Under the pieces are notes generated by a model. It made no database searches and had not been told where the DNA came from. It saw only the letters and a list, made by a program, of their open reading frames with translations. 64,000 nt of DNA, from contig CAXXOA010000002.1 of NCBI GenBank assembly GCA_963666275.2, forward strand, positions 64,001 through 128,000. The letters are read 5' to 3'. The stretch is from Oceanispirochaeta sp. GTDB lineage: Bacteria > Spirochaetota > Spirochaetia > DSM-2461. Positions 1 to 9,074 of this stretch are shown one piece after another (the stretch's first letter is position 1; each line of letters opens with the position of its first letter). A program made the position numbers and the translations under genes.

Positions 1-993
1 TCCCCGGGGTTCCAGGGAAGAGAGGTCATCGTATTCCGTAAAGACCTCTTCATAGACATGCTGAAGCCGTGGAATTGTCTCTCCCTTTGCCAGTTTGGTC
101 GCCAGAGTCAGAATCGCCGGACCTGTTTTGGGATTGCATTCAATGACGCAATTGACTTCCCCGTTTTTAAGGGCATCAATCGCCGCCTGCTCTGCATCAA
201 TGGTGATGATAACAATATCCTTTCCCGGCCGGATTCCCACTTCCTTCATAGCATCAATGGCCCCCAGGGTCATTCCGTCGTTATGGGAATACAGCACATC
301 AATGTCATGCCTCTGCGCCAGGAGATCCCTCATAATCTCGTATCCTCTGGAACGGAGGAAATCTCCGGACTCGCTAAAGACAATCTCAAAACCGGAATTC
401 CCGCCGATGATTTCCCGGAATCCGCCGGCCCGGCCCTCAGCCACGGAGGAACCTTCAGTTCCGCTTATTTCCATAATCTTCACCGGTTCTTCCGAAAGCG
501 GTTCATTGAACTTCTTTAACAGAAAAAGGCCGGCTTCCCGTCCTTCCTGGTTGCTGTCGGTGCCTATAAACCCCGCATAGAGATTCTCATCGGCTGTAGT
601 GATCTTCCTGTCTGTCACCAGGACAGGGATGCCCGCATTCTGCGCCTCTTTGAGCACATTGTCCCATCCGTCGGCAACGATGGGCACAAAGGCTATGACA
701 TCCACCTGATAAGCAATGAAGGAGCGTATGGCTTTGATCTGGTTTTCCTGTTTCTGTTCGGCATTTTCAAAGAGGAGCTGGATGCCTGCGTTTGCCGCCG
801 CGGCTTTGATAGACTGAGTGTTGCATGCCCTCCACGCACTTTCCGCTCCTATCTGGGAAAACCCCAGAATCAGCTTGTCATCTGCCGTTTCTTCCGTCAG
901 GTCTGGCTGATCGAAATACACCATGCCAATGATGACAGCGGCAATTCCAAGGATGAGGATAAGAATTCCTGTGATCTTCTTGTAATACAACAT
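1..993 (-). CDS. Sugar ABC-type substrate-binding protein (YtfQ/RbsB-like), N-terminal hydrophobic anchor; 3' end truncated by window edge
   Basis: Not in the ORF track because it has no stop in the window. Manual translation from ATG 993: MLYYKKITGILILILGIAAVIIGMVYF...LILGFSQIGAESAWRACNTQSIK...QKQENQIKAIRSFIAYQVDVIAFVPIVADGWDNVLKEA, which matches the YtfQ-type periplasmic binding protein N-terminus. The same frame reads ...HVYEEVFTEYDDLSSLEPRG at base 1. Confidence 0.85.
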   Translation of the reverse strand, partial: MLYYKKITGILILILGIAAVIIGMVYFDQPDLTEETADDKLILGFSQIGAESAWRACNTQSIKAAAANAGIQLLFENAEQKQENQIKAIRSFIAYQVDVIAFVPIVADGWDNVLKEAQNAGIPVLVTDRKITTADENLYAGFIGTDSNQEGREAGLFLLKKFNEPLSEEPVKIMEISGTEGSSVAEGRAGGFREIIGGNSGFEIVFSESGDFLRSRGYEIMRDLLAQRHDIDVLYSHNDGMTLGAIDAMKEVGIRPGKDIVIITIDAEQAAIDALKNGEVNCVIECNPKTGPAILTLATKLAKGETIPRLQHVYEEVFTEYDDLSSLEPRG

Positions 994-1187
994 TTTTTTT
1001 AACCAGGACCGGAGGGATGCCAGTACATGATACCTGACATTTACCCGGAACACAACAAATTATTGCATTGAAGAAGGCCTGAGGAGATGAGCATAAGTGA
1101 TGAAGAAGGGAGGCGGCAGCCGGAAGGCAGGTGGATATGAAATTCAGAGATAGAATAGAGTGAAATTTCCATTTCAACAATAAGATT

Positions 1188-1574
1188 TCAGATAAAGAGC
1201 TCGGGAGAAACACCATATTTATCAGAGAGTTTTCTGATATGCCCAAGGTTGAGCTGCCTTTTCCCGCTGAGAATCTCATTTATGACAGTCCGCGGAGCGA
1301 CATCTGTCAGGTCCCCCTGTTTATGGCCATGATTTTCCATAAGATGTTTTAATACTTCAATGGGAGAAATATCCTTTATCGGATAGTGCTCATCTTCAAA
1401 AGAGGAAATTAACGAAGTTAAATAATCAATGACATATTCCAACTCAGCTTCCCCGGATTCAAATCTATCAGTCAGCTCCATCAGGTATAGAATGGCATTA
1501 TCATTTTCTTCTTCTGTATGGATTTGAAGACGTTGCATGAATTTTCCTAATTCATTCTCTATGGCATAACTCAT
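1188..1574 (-). CDS. higA: HigA-family antitoxin (XRE HTH)
   Basis: LISSFEDEHYPI...PIEVLKHLMENHGHKQGDL...INEILSGKRQLNLGHIRKLSDKYGVSPELFI is a typical HigA C-terminal HTH. Start moved to ATG 1574, which has an AGGAGA SD. Confidence 0.88.
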   Translation of the reverse strand: MSYAIENELGKFMQRLQIHTEEENDNAILYLMELTDRFESGEAELEYVIDYLTSLISSFEDEHYPIKDISPIEVLKHLMENHGHKQGDLTDVAPRTVINEILSGKRQLNLGHIRKLSDKYGVSPELFI

Positions 1575-1585
1575 ATTAAATCTCC

Positions 1586-1870
1586 TTAACAATACTTCCT
1601 CGTATATTCCTCATGGGTCAAAAAATCAATGATGAAAACAGTTTTTCCCCAGGAATACCTGACAATCAGGCGGAACTCATTACATTTGATATTAATACAA
1701 ACATAATCAGACCCTTTAATGTTATCAGCAGAAGGATAAGCTTTTTTAAGCTCCATGATATTGTTGAAGTTTGACTTCTGATTGACTTTCAACCAACCTC
1801 GAAGACCGGTTTCTGCGGTTGGGTATGTTTGGATATACTCCTCAATGGTCTTCCTTTTGATGATAGTCAT
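1586..1870 (-). CDS. higB: HigB-family toxin (RelE superfamily mRNA interferase)
   Basis: 94 aa with MTIIKRKTIEEY, YPSAD, NIKCNEFRLIV and FLTHEEY motifs; lies directly upstream of higA (toxin-first order). Confidence 0.85.
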   Translation of the reverse strand: MTIIKRKTIEEYIQTYPTAETGLRGWLKVNQKSNFNNIMELKKAYPSADNIKGSDYVCINIKCNEFRLIVRYSWGKTVFIIDFLTHEEYTRKYC

Positions 1871-1888
1871 TAAATCTTCCCTACATTA

Positions 1889-1917
1889 ATTGTCGCATAT
1901 CGCGACACTTTTGTAAA
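1889..1917 (-). promoter_or_regulatory. higBA promoter with palindromic operator
   Basis: Minus strand TTTACA-17 bp-GACAAT, with the inverted repeat TGTCGC-N5-GCGACA (1891-1907) lying across the spacer and -10. Confidence 0.55.
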
Positions 1918-1999
1918 TAATACATCCCCCCTATAATAGCCCATCTTGTTCAGAGTAAACTTATAAACACAAAATGGGCTATTGCTATAGTTTAGATAC

Positions 2000-2404
2000 C
2001 TAAAGAGCCTCCATAGCCTCCCGGACCTCTTCTTCGCTGGGCTCTTCCGATGCAGCCTCATCCGTCTCATTGCCCGGGACTTGAGGCTTGAACTCCACAT
2101 GCTCCCCTACAATTTTAATCTTTGTCCGGGACTGGCCCTGATCGTCGGTCCATCGATCCTGTTTAAGCCGCCCTACAACCCGGACTCCCCTGCCCTTGTT
2201 CAGATACTTCTCGCAGGATTCTGCCACTTTGGACCAGACTTCCACATCAAAATAGGAAACCTCGCTGTTGCGGACGCCGTCCTGTTTGAAGTAGCGGTTG
2301 GTGGCTATGCAGAACTGGCACAGGGGAGTTCCCTTCGGGGTCAGCCTGCTCTCGGGATCCCGGACCAGATTTCCTTCTACAATAATACTGTTCAATTGGT
2401 TCAT
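2000..2404 (-). CDS. ssb: Single-stranded DNA-binding protein
   Basis: MNQLNSIIVEGNLVRDPE...LNKGRGVRVVGRLKQDRW (OB-fold SSB) with an acidic tail. ATG 2404 has a GGAGAGG SD. Confidence 0.95.
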   Translation of the reverse strand: MNQLNSIIVEGNLVRDPESRLTPKGTPLCQFCIATNRYFKQDGVRNSEVSYFDVEVWSKVAESCEKYLNKGRGVRVVGRLKQDRWTDDQGQSRTKIKIVGEHVEFKPQVPGNETDEAASEEPSEEEVREAMEAL

Positions 2405-2578
2405 ACACCTCTCCTTGTAAATTGACATTTACTATTCCTACAGAGAGAATTTCCGTGATGCTTCAATCTTCTGCATTTTTTTTACCGGAAAGAATCGTCA
2501 AATGATCCTGAACTGAGTTGACATTAGTACTAACTATTATTATTTTCCCTGGAGAATATATTACAAGGAGACTAATAT

Positions 2579-3202
2579 ATGAATATTGAAGTGTGGCTGG
2601 ATTTTGTCTGCCCCTTTTGCTATATAGGCGAAAAAAAACTGTCCATAGCTCTGGAACAGACAGGACTCAGTGATAAGGCGGAAATCCGGTACAGAAGTTT
2701 TCAGCTCGATGTGAATGCCAAACGGGATCCTTCCAGAGACATCCACCAGATGATCGCCGACAAGTACGGAATGCCCTACCAGCAGGCAAAAGGGATGAAC
2801 GACAGGATTGTCCAGGCCGCTGGAGAGATTGGATTGAACTTCGACCTTGACATTATTAAACCGGGAAATACAGCCCTGGCCCACCAGATGTATAAGTATG
2901 CCGAAACCCTGGGGAAAGGACAGGAAACGACAGAACTGCTCTTCCAGTCCCACTTTGAGAAGGGTGTTGATATCGGTTCTGAGGAAGAGCTGATCAGCCT
3001 TGCCGGACAGGTGGGGATCGACGGAAATGATCTGCGCAGAGTGTTCAGTGACACCCTCTTTCTGGAAGAAGTGATGAAAGATCAGGAAAAGGCTATGAAC
3101 ATGGGAATAACAGGAGTGCCCTTTTTTATCTTCAACGGGAAACAGACAGTCTCAGGGGCCCAGAGTATCGAACACTTCGAAAAGGTGCTGAAGGAAGCAT
3201 AG
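2579..3202 (+). CDS. DsbA/FrnE-family dithiol-disulfide oxidoreductase
   Basis: WLDFVCPFCYIG CxxC motif; GITGVPFF cis-Pro loop; AAGGAG SD. Confidence 0.9.
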   Translation: MNIEVWLDFVCPFCYIGEKKLSIALEQTGLSDKAEIRYRSFQLDVNAKRDPSRDIHQMIADKYGMPYQQAKGMNDRIVQAAGEIGLNFDLDIIKPGNTALAHQMYKYAETLGKGQETTELLFQSHFEKGVDIGSEEELISLAGQVGIDGNDLRRVFSDTLFLEEVMKDQEKAMNMGITGVPFFIFNGKQTVSGAQSIEHFEKVLKEA

Positions 3203-3241
3203 AAACGAAAATCAGAATCAGGACAGAAGGCCTTTCTGTAC

Positions 3242-4006
3242 TTATACTGTCATGATTCTTAATCCCTTCTCTTCCAGCTTCTGCAGAATAGAGGGATCAG
3301 CGCCCTGATCGGTAATCAGTAGATCTATATTCTTCACACTTCCAATCCTGGCAAAGTCGGTCCTGCCGATTTTTGTGGCGTCTGCCAGGACAATCACACG
3401 GCGGGAGCTCTCCAGGATGGCATGATAGATCCCTGTTTCCTGCATGCTGCCGCAGTAGAACTGCCCCTCCTCATCCAGACCGTTGATTCCTATAAAAGCG
3501 GTATCGAAGGAAAATCCCCGGATCATCTCTTCCGCATAGAACCCTACGCAGGAGATTGTATTTTTCCGCAGCTCCCCGCCGATCTGAATCACTGAAATGT
3601 TATTCCTTGTGTTCAGTTCATTGGCAATATTGGTGGCTTCCGAGGCAATCAGATAGCTTTTCTCGTTATCCAGCATCCGGGCCAGGCAGAAGACCGTAGA
3701 GCTGCTGTTCATAAAAATTTTCTCTCCGGGATTCATATATTTAAAGGCTTCCCTGGCAATAGCCTCTTTCTCAGCCATATGGCTGGCGATCCGGACATCA
3801 AAGGGCGCTTCATGGATCTGGCTGAAACCGGGAAGCACAGCGCCCCCATGAGTCCTGACCACCAGACCTTTCGAGGCGAGCTCATCCAGATCCCTCCGGA
3901 TCGTCATTTCCGTGACATTAAAGTCTCTGCAGAGGCTTGTTACCTCAACAGATTTTTCACTCTTCAGCAGACTGAGAATTTTTTCATGCCTCAACTGTTT
4001 CAGCAT
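3242..4006 (-). CDS. DeoR/GlpR-family transcriptional regulator
   Basis: VTEMTIRRDLDEL...RTHGGA HTH followed by the DeoR sensor domain. Start chosen at ATG 4006, which has an AAGGAGG SD. Confidence 0.92.
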   Translation of the reverse strand: MLKQLRHEKILSLLKSEKSVEVTSLCRDFNVTEMTIRRDLDELASKGLVVRTHGGAVLPGFSQIHEAPFDVRIASHMAEKEAIAREAFKYMNPGEKIFMNSSSTVFCLARMLDNEKSYLIASEATNIANELNTRNNISVIQIGGELRKNTISCVGFYAEEMIRGFSFDTAFIGINGLDEEGQFYCGSMQETGIYHAILESSRRVIVLADATKIGRTDFARIGSVKNIDLLITDQGADPSILQKLEEKGLRIMTV

Positions 4007-4073
4007 CACTGCCTCCTTGACCGTATTCCCAGTCCATTCTAACCGGACAGGGGTGTATTGAAAAGACATTATT

Positions 4074-4191
4074 TGTTTGTTTATGTTTTATTATGTTATT
4101 TATCAGTCTTTTTTTGTTTGACAACTCCTGTTTTCAGGTTTATGGTGAAACATATCTAACATTATAAAACACTTAAAAACAATTTAGAACA
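4074..4191. promoter_or_regulatory. Sigma70 promoter with phased AACA/TGTT boxes (candidate DeoR operators)
   Basis: TTGACA (4118-4123)-17 bp-TATGGT (4141-4146). AACA at 4149, 4158, 4168, 4178, 4188 and TGTT at 4074, 4084, 4094. Confidence 0.55.
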
Positions 4192-4202
4192 GAAGGTCGA
4201 AT

Positions 4203-5252
4203 ATGAAAATTCTTGTAATCGGAGACGGTTTTATTAAAACCGAAGTGTCCGTTCCCATCGTGGAGAAAATTATGGCCCCCTATGCTCCCGCAGAAATAGA
4301 GACATGTACATTTCAATGGCCCCTTTCTCCCTTTGTCAGCAATGATGAGATAAGGGAGTACGAAGGGGATGAACAGACTGTGATCGATCATATCACAGAT
4401 GCCGAACTGCTCCTTGTTCACGCTGCCCCCATAACGGAAAGAGTCCTTGAGGCGGCACCGAATCTGAAGGCTATCGGCGTGGTCCGTGGGGGCCCCACCA
4501 ATATCAATCTGGCCGCCGCTTCCAGAAGAGGAATTCCTGTATTCAACTCTCCCGGAAGGAATGCCCAGGCGGTGGTGGAATTTACCCTGGGCCTGCTGCT
4601 CAGCGAATGCCGCCATATTTCCCGGAGCCACAGGAACCTGATGGACAGGGAGTGGGCCTATGATTATTACAGCTATGAAAAATGCGGAGTCGAGCTGAAA
4701 GGCAAAACCATAGGTCTTGTAGGGTTCGGCAATATATCCTGGCGGCTGAGCCCTGTGCTGCTGGCCATGGGGATGGATGTGATCGCGTTCGATCCCTTTG
4801 TGGATAAAAAGAGAATGGCCTCCTATGAAGTGGAGAAAGTTACACTGGATGAACTGTATGCCCTGTCCGATGTGATCAGCGTTCATGCCCGGCTCACAGA
4901 GGAAACCAGGCATATGTTCAACAAAGAAGCTTTCTCAAAAATGAAGGACCGGGTGATCTTTGTGAACACCGCACGGGGAGGTCTTGTGAACTATGATGAC
5001 CTGACCGAAGCCCTGGAATCGGGAAAAGTCGGTTCTGCCGCTCTGGATGTGTTTCCCCGGGAGCCGGCCGACCTGACGGCGCCTCTCTTCGACAGAGACA
5101 ATGTCACAGTCACCCCCCACATTGCAGGAGCCACAAAGGACAGTGTGTCCTTCGGTATGACCAACCTGATGAACAGCCTCCTGGCCTACTTCAGGGAAGG
5201 ATCGCTTCAAAGCTGTATGAATCCGGAAGCCCTTGAGAAAACAAAAAGTTAA
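4203..5252 (+). CDS. D-isomer-specific 2-hydroxyacid dehydrogenase (SerA-like)
   Basis: GLVGFGNI NAD-binding motif, VNTARGG, ALDVFPREP, TPHIAG catalytic His. Confidence 0.9.
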   Translation: MKILVIGDGFIKTEVSVPIVEKIMAPYAPAEIETCTFQWPLSPFVSNDEIREYEGDEQTVIDHITDAELLLVHAAPITERVLEAAPNLKAIGVVRGGPTNINLAAASRRGIPVFNSPGRNAQAVVEFTLGLLLSECRHISRSHRNLMDREWAYDYYSYEKCGVELKGKTIGLVGFGNISWRLSPVLLAMGMDVIAFDPFVDKKRMASYEVEKVTLDELYALSDVISVHARLTEETRHMFNKEAFSKMKDRVIFVNTARGGLVNYDDLTEALESGKVGSAALDVFPREPADLTAPLFDRDNVTVTPHIAGATKDSVSFGMTNLMNSLLAYFREGSLQSCMNPEALEKTKS

Positions 5253-5294
5253 CGGTTGCGGAAAACCGTGAGATTATACTACTAGGAGAATTTT

Positions 5295-5954
5295 ATGACT
5301 TATCAGAAACAGCGGGATGATATTATAGAAACGGGAAAGCGTCTCTATACCCGAAACTATGTGGCTTCAAACGATGGGAATATCAGCATAAGACTGGATG
5401 AAAAGAGATTTCTGATCACCCCTTCAGGAGTTTCGAAAGGCTACATGGCTCCGGAGGATCTGCTTGTTGTGGATATGGAGGGGAATGTTCTCGAAGGGGA
5501 TAAAAAACCTTCTTCCGAGATGAAAATGCACAGGGAAGTGTTTACACGCCGGCCCGATGTAAACGCCATTGTCCATGCCCATCCCCAGATGGCTACAGCT
5601 TTTGCGGTGGCCCATAAGGTTTTTGACAAAATTATATTGCCCGAGATCATTTTTTCACTGGGAAAGGTATGCCTGGCTGATTACGGAACCCCCACTACGG
5701 AGCAGATCCCTCAGGCCGTGGCTAAATGCATTCAGGAGACTGATGCCCTTCTTCTGGCCAACCACGGCGCCCTGACTGCGGGCAGCGATGTGTATGACGC
5801 CTACTATAAAATGGAAACACTGGAGCATTTCGCCTGTATCTATTTCAATGTGATCCAGCTGGGCGGCGGAGTGGAACTGGACCGTAAAGAGATAGACACC
5901 CTCTATGAAATCCGGGACGGCGTCTATGGGAAGAAAACCCTGTCCCGGGTCTGA
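5295..5954 (+). CDS. Class II aldolase/adducin-family protein (FucA-like)
   Basis: DGNIS, TPSG, PSSEMKMH, VHAHP and LANHG Zn-binding motifs. Confidence 0.9.
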   Translation: MTYQKQRDDIIETGKRLYTRNYVASNDGNISIRLDEKRFLITPSGVSKGYMAPEDLLVVDMEGNVLEGDKKPSSEMKMHREVFTRRPDVNAIVHAHPQMATAFAVAHKVFDKIILPEIIFSLGKVCLADYGTPTTEQIPQAVAKCIQETDALLLANHGALTAGSDVYDAYYKMETLEHFACIYFNVIQLGGGVELDRKEIDTLYEIRDGVYGKKTLSRV

Positions 5955-5968
5955 AAGGAGATAAGAGA

Positions 5969-7522
5969 ATGTCCGGTTACTATCTGGGAGTGGACCTGGG
6001 AACCACCAATGTGAAAGCAGCTCTGTTTGACAGTCAGTACAACTGCATCGCTGAAGAGGGCTGCGAATACGATACCATCTACCCCCGCCCCGGTTGGGCT
6101 GAACAGGACCCGGAAAGCTGGTGGCTGGCGTTCTGCAGTGATATGAGAGTGTTATCAGGGAAATTTCCCGAAGAGATCGGCAGGCTCAGAGGGATTTCCA
6201 TAAGTTCCCACGCGCCCGCTGTAGTTCCTCTTGATGAAAGGGGGAAACCTCTGAGGAATGCCCTGATCTGGATGGACCGCCGGTCCGAACCTTTTATTCC
6301 GGAGATGCGGGAAACTCCCGGAGACGAAACGGTCCGGAAGATTACGGGAAACCGGATAGACCCCTACTACTCCTCTGCCAAACTCCGCTGGATGCGGCAT
6401 AACGAACCGGCCCTGTTTGCCCGGATACACTGTGTTCTTCAGGCCAACAGCTATCTGAACTACCGCCTGACCGGAGCCCAGTCCAATGACCTGGCCCATG
6501 CGGGACTGACCGGTCTCTTTGATATTGAAACCCAAAAGTGGTCCTCCCTGCTCTGCCGGGTCTGGGAGATTCCCGAGGCGATCCTCCCCCGGGTCAGCGC
6601 ATCCACAGAAATCATCGGCACTGTCTCGGACGAAGCGGCGGCAGCGGCGGGGATTCCCCGGGGCGTTCCTGTGATGGCGGGAACGGTAGATGCCTCTGCA
6701 GCTGCTCTGGAAGCAGGGGTTCTGGCTCCGGGAGAAGCCGTTGAAACGACAGGAACCTCCTCTGTCCTGATGATAGGCTGCCGGGAGATGCCCCGGACCC
6801 CTTCCCTGGTGGCACTCTACCACGCCCTGAAAGACAAAGCCCTTCTGATAGGCCCCATCAGTTCTACAGGCTCCTCCCTGAAGTGGTTCCGAGACACCCT
6901 GGGCCGGGCGGAATGCGAAGATGCGGATGACATAGGGGTAGATCCCTACACCATCATGGACAGGGAAGCCGGGTCCTGCGGCGAGGGCAGCAGCAATCTG
7001 ATTTTCCTTCCTTATATGAGCGGAGAAAGAGCTCCGCTCTGGGACACCGACGCCCGGGGCGTCTTTTTCGGACTTTCCCTGGGAACAGGAAGAGGAGAGA
7101 TGATCCGGGCGATACTGGAAGGCGGCGCCTTTGCCCTGAAACACAACCTTCTGGAGGCGGAAAAAGCGGGTCATCCCATTTCCCGCATTACCGCGGCAGG
7201 AGGAGGCGCGTCCTCGGATCTATGGCTGAAGATCAAAGCTTCCGTTCTGGGAATCCCCGTGGTAAGACTGAATAACAGCTGCAGCGGCGCTCTGGGCAAT
7301 GCCCTTGTTGCGGCCATGGGAGCAGGCGATCTTTCAGATCCCGAACCGGTCCTGGAGCGGTTTCTAAACTATGAGACAACCTTTGAACCGGAAGAGAAAC
7401 TGCAGAATCATCTGGAAGCCAAATACAGACTGTTCAGAGACCTTTATGAGCACACCCGGGAAGACTTTAAAAAAATGGCCCGCCTGGAAGCGCCGGCGGG
7501 TGTCAGCGGAAGGGTTCTATGA
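5969..7522 (+). CDS. FGGY-family carbohydrate kinase (xylulokinase-like)
   Basis: GVDLGTTNVK, ALIWMDRR, PYMSGERAPLWD, GGGASS motifs. Confidence 0.9.
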   Translation: MSGYYLGVDLGTTNVKAALFDSQYNCIAEEGCEYDTIYPRPGWAEQDPESWWLAFCSDMRVLSGKFPEEIGRLRGISISSHAPAVVPLDERGKPLRNALIWMDRRSEPFIPEMRETPGDETVRKITGNRIDPYYSSAKLRWMRHNEPALFARIHCVLQANSYLNYRLTGAQSNDLAHAGLTGLFDIETQKWSSLLCRVWEIPEAILPRVSASTEIIGTVSDEAAAAAGIPRGVPVMAGTVDASAAALEAGVLAPGEAVETTGTSSVLMIGCREMPRTPSLVALYHALKDKALLIGPISSTGSSLKWFRDTLGRAECEDADDIGVDPYTIMDREAGSCGEGSSNLIFLPYMSGERAPLWDTDARGVFFGLSLGTGRGEMIRAILEGGAFALKHNLLEAEKAGHPISRITAAGGGASSDLWLKIKASVLGIPVVRLNNSCSGALGNALVAAMGAGDLSDPEPVLERFLNYETTFEPEEKLQNHLEAKYRLFRDLYEHTREDFKKMARLEAPAGVSGRVL

Positions 7523-8982
7523 ATTATCTGTGCGCCGATGTGGGAACCTCCCGCATGAAGATTGCCCTTACCCGGCGGGACGGCCAGGTGATAGAATCGG
7601 CCTCACAGGATCTGACTGTGATCAAAGAGCAGGAAGGCTACTGCGAGATGGATATGGGAGAGGTCTGGTCAGCCTTTGCCGGACTCTGCCGGGAGCTGCA
7701 GGGGAAATGCCCGGAATCCTGGGAAGAACTCTCGGGTCTGGGCGTCACCGGACAGGGAGACGGACTCTGGCTGACCGACCCAGCCGGAACTCCTGTGAGA
7801 CCGGCGATTCTGTGGAACGACACCAGAACGAAAGAGCTGGAGAGCACCGGTCTGGATGAGTTCTGCACAGGCCGGTCGGCGAATGTGCCTTTTGCAGGAT
7901 CCTTTCATACGCTCCTTCAATGGCTTAAAATCCATGAACCGGAAAACTTCCGCCGGATCGGCCATATCTTCCACTGCAAAGACTGGATCAATTTTAATCT
8001 GACAGGGACTCCATCGGGAGATTATTCGGATGCCTCACTGGCCGGGTTCGATCTCTTTGACAAAGAGTACTGCGAAGAGATCTTTGATGAGATGGACATT
8101 GACAGCGCCGGCAGGGTTCTGCCTCCCCCGGCTCCTTCGGGCTCTGTGATTGGAACGGTCTCCTCAGAAGCATCTGACCGGACGGGCCTGCCCCGTGGCC
8201 TCCCTGTGATTGCAGGGGCTCTGGATGTCTGCGCTGTGGCCCATGGCGTGGGGGTCAGACAGCCGGGGGACACCTGTGTCATCGTGGGAACCACACTCTG
8301 TACAGAAGTGGTTGTGACGGAGGAGCAGGTGGATCTGAAACGGGGTATGGTGGCCTGTCATACAGTTCAGGACTACTACCTCAGCGTGATGCCCACCCTG
8401 AGCGGTACCACCTCCTTCGACTGGACCAAAAACCTTCTTTATCCACGGATGTCCTATAAAGAGATGGAAAAGGATATTGCGGACGTTCCGGTGGGAAGCC
8501 GGGGAATTATCTACCACCCCTTCCTTTACGGCGAGAGAGCCCCCTTCCGGAACCCCTTTGCCAGGGCCGGATTTTACGGACTGTCGGCGGTCCACGGACG
8601 CCGGGAGATGATGAGAGCGGTGTTTGAAGGAATAGCCCTCTCCCTGCGAGACTGCCTGTCCATCCTGCCCGAAGCGGGTGAAACCCTGACTGTCTGCGGC
8701 GGCGGCGCTGTGAGCGATCTTCTGTGCGGGATCATTGCGGACTGCACGGGCAGGACTGTGAAAAGGTCCCCCTGGAAGGAAGCGGGCATCAAAGGGATCG
8801 CCGATATCCTGTCGCAGGCTCTCGGCAGTGCCCCCTCACCGGAAAGTTATGCCGAATCAGAACCCACTCCGGAGGAGGTCATATTTATTGCGGATCCTGA
8901 AAAAACCAGGCTGTATGACCATCTTTATGAAGAATATGAACATCTGAAAGGGGGTATGGAGGCGTTCTGGTCGGAGAGATAA
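7519..8982 (+). CDS. FGGY-family carbohydrate kinase (L-xylulose/erythritol-kinase-like subgroup)
   Basis: DVGTS, TGQGDGLW, AILWND, DYSDAS, GERAPF motifs; ATGA overlap with the upstream kinase. Confidence 0.88.
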   Translation: MNYLCADVGTSRMKIALTRRDGQVIESASQDLTVIKEQEGYCEMDMGEVWSAFAGLCRELQGKCPESWEELSGLGVTGQGDGLWLTDPAGTPVRPAILWNDTRTKELESTGLDEFCTGRSANVPFAGSFHTLLQWLKIHEPENFRRIGHIFHCKDWINFNLTGTPSGDYSDASLAGFDLFDKEYCEEIFDEMDIDSAGRVLPPPAPSGSVIGTVSSEASDRTGLPRGLPVIAGALDVCAVAHGVGVRQPGDTCVIVGTTLCTEVVVTEEQVDLKRGMVACHTVQDYYLSVMPTLSGTTSFDWTKNLLYPRMSYKEMEKDIADVPVGSRGIIYHPFLYGERAPFRNPFARAGFYGLSAVHGRREMMRAVFEGIALSLRDCLSILPEAGETLTVCGGGAVSDLLCGIIADCTGRTVKRSPWKEAGIKGIADILSQALGSAPSPESYAESEPTPEEVIFIADPEKTRLYDHLYEEYEHLKGGMEAFWSER

Positions 8983-9010
8983 AAAAGGAGAGGATGAAAC
9001 CATCCTCTCC
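8981..9010. terminator. Rho-independent terminator between convergent operons
   Basis: Perfect 10-bp stem GGAGAGGATG-AAAC-CATCCTCTCC, with an A-run on the left (a U-tail for the minus strand). Confidence 0.75.
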
Positions 9011-9074
9011 GCATCAATAAAACTATATCATTCCAAAAGAATTATCAGGGCTTCAGATCAGAAGCTCTGTACTC

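Noticed and set aside
58..580. Plus-strand ORFs 58..519 and 95..580
   Set aside because: They are antisense shadows of the minus-strand binding-protein gene, which has clear family motifs.
1188..2428. Prophage or plasmid remnant (ssb plus TA)
   Set aside because: No integrase, relaxase, phage or transposase genes are present, and ssb looks like a chromosomal housekeeping copy.
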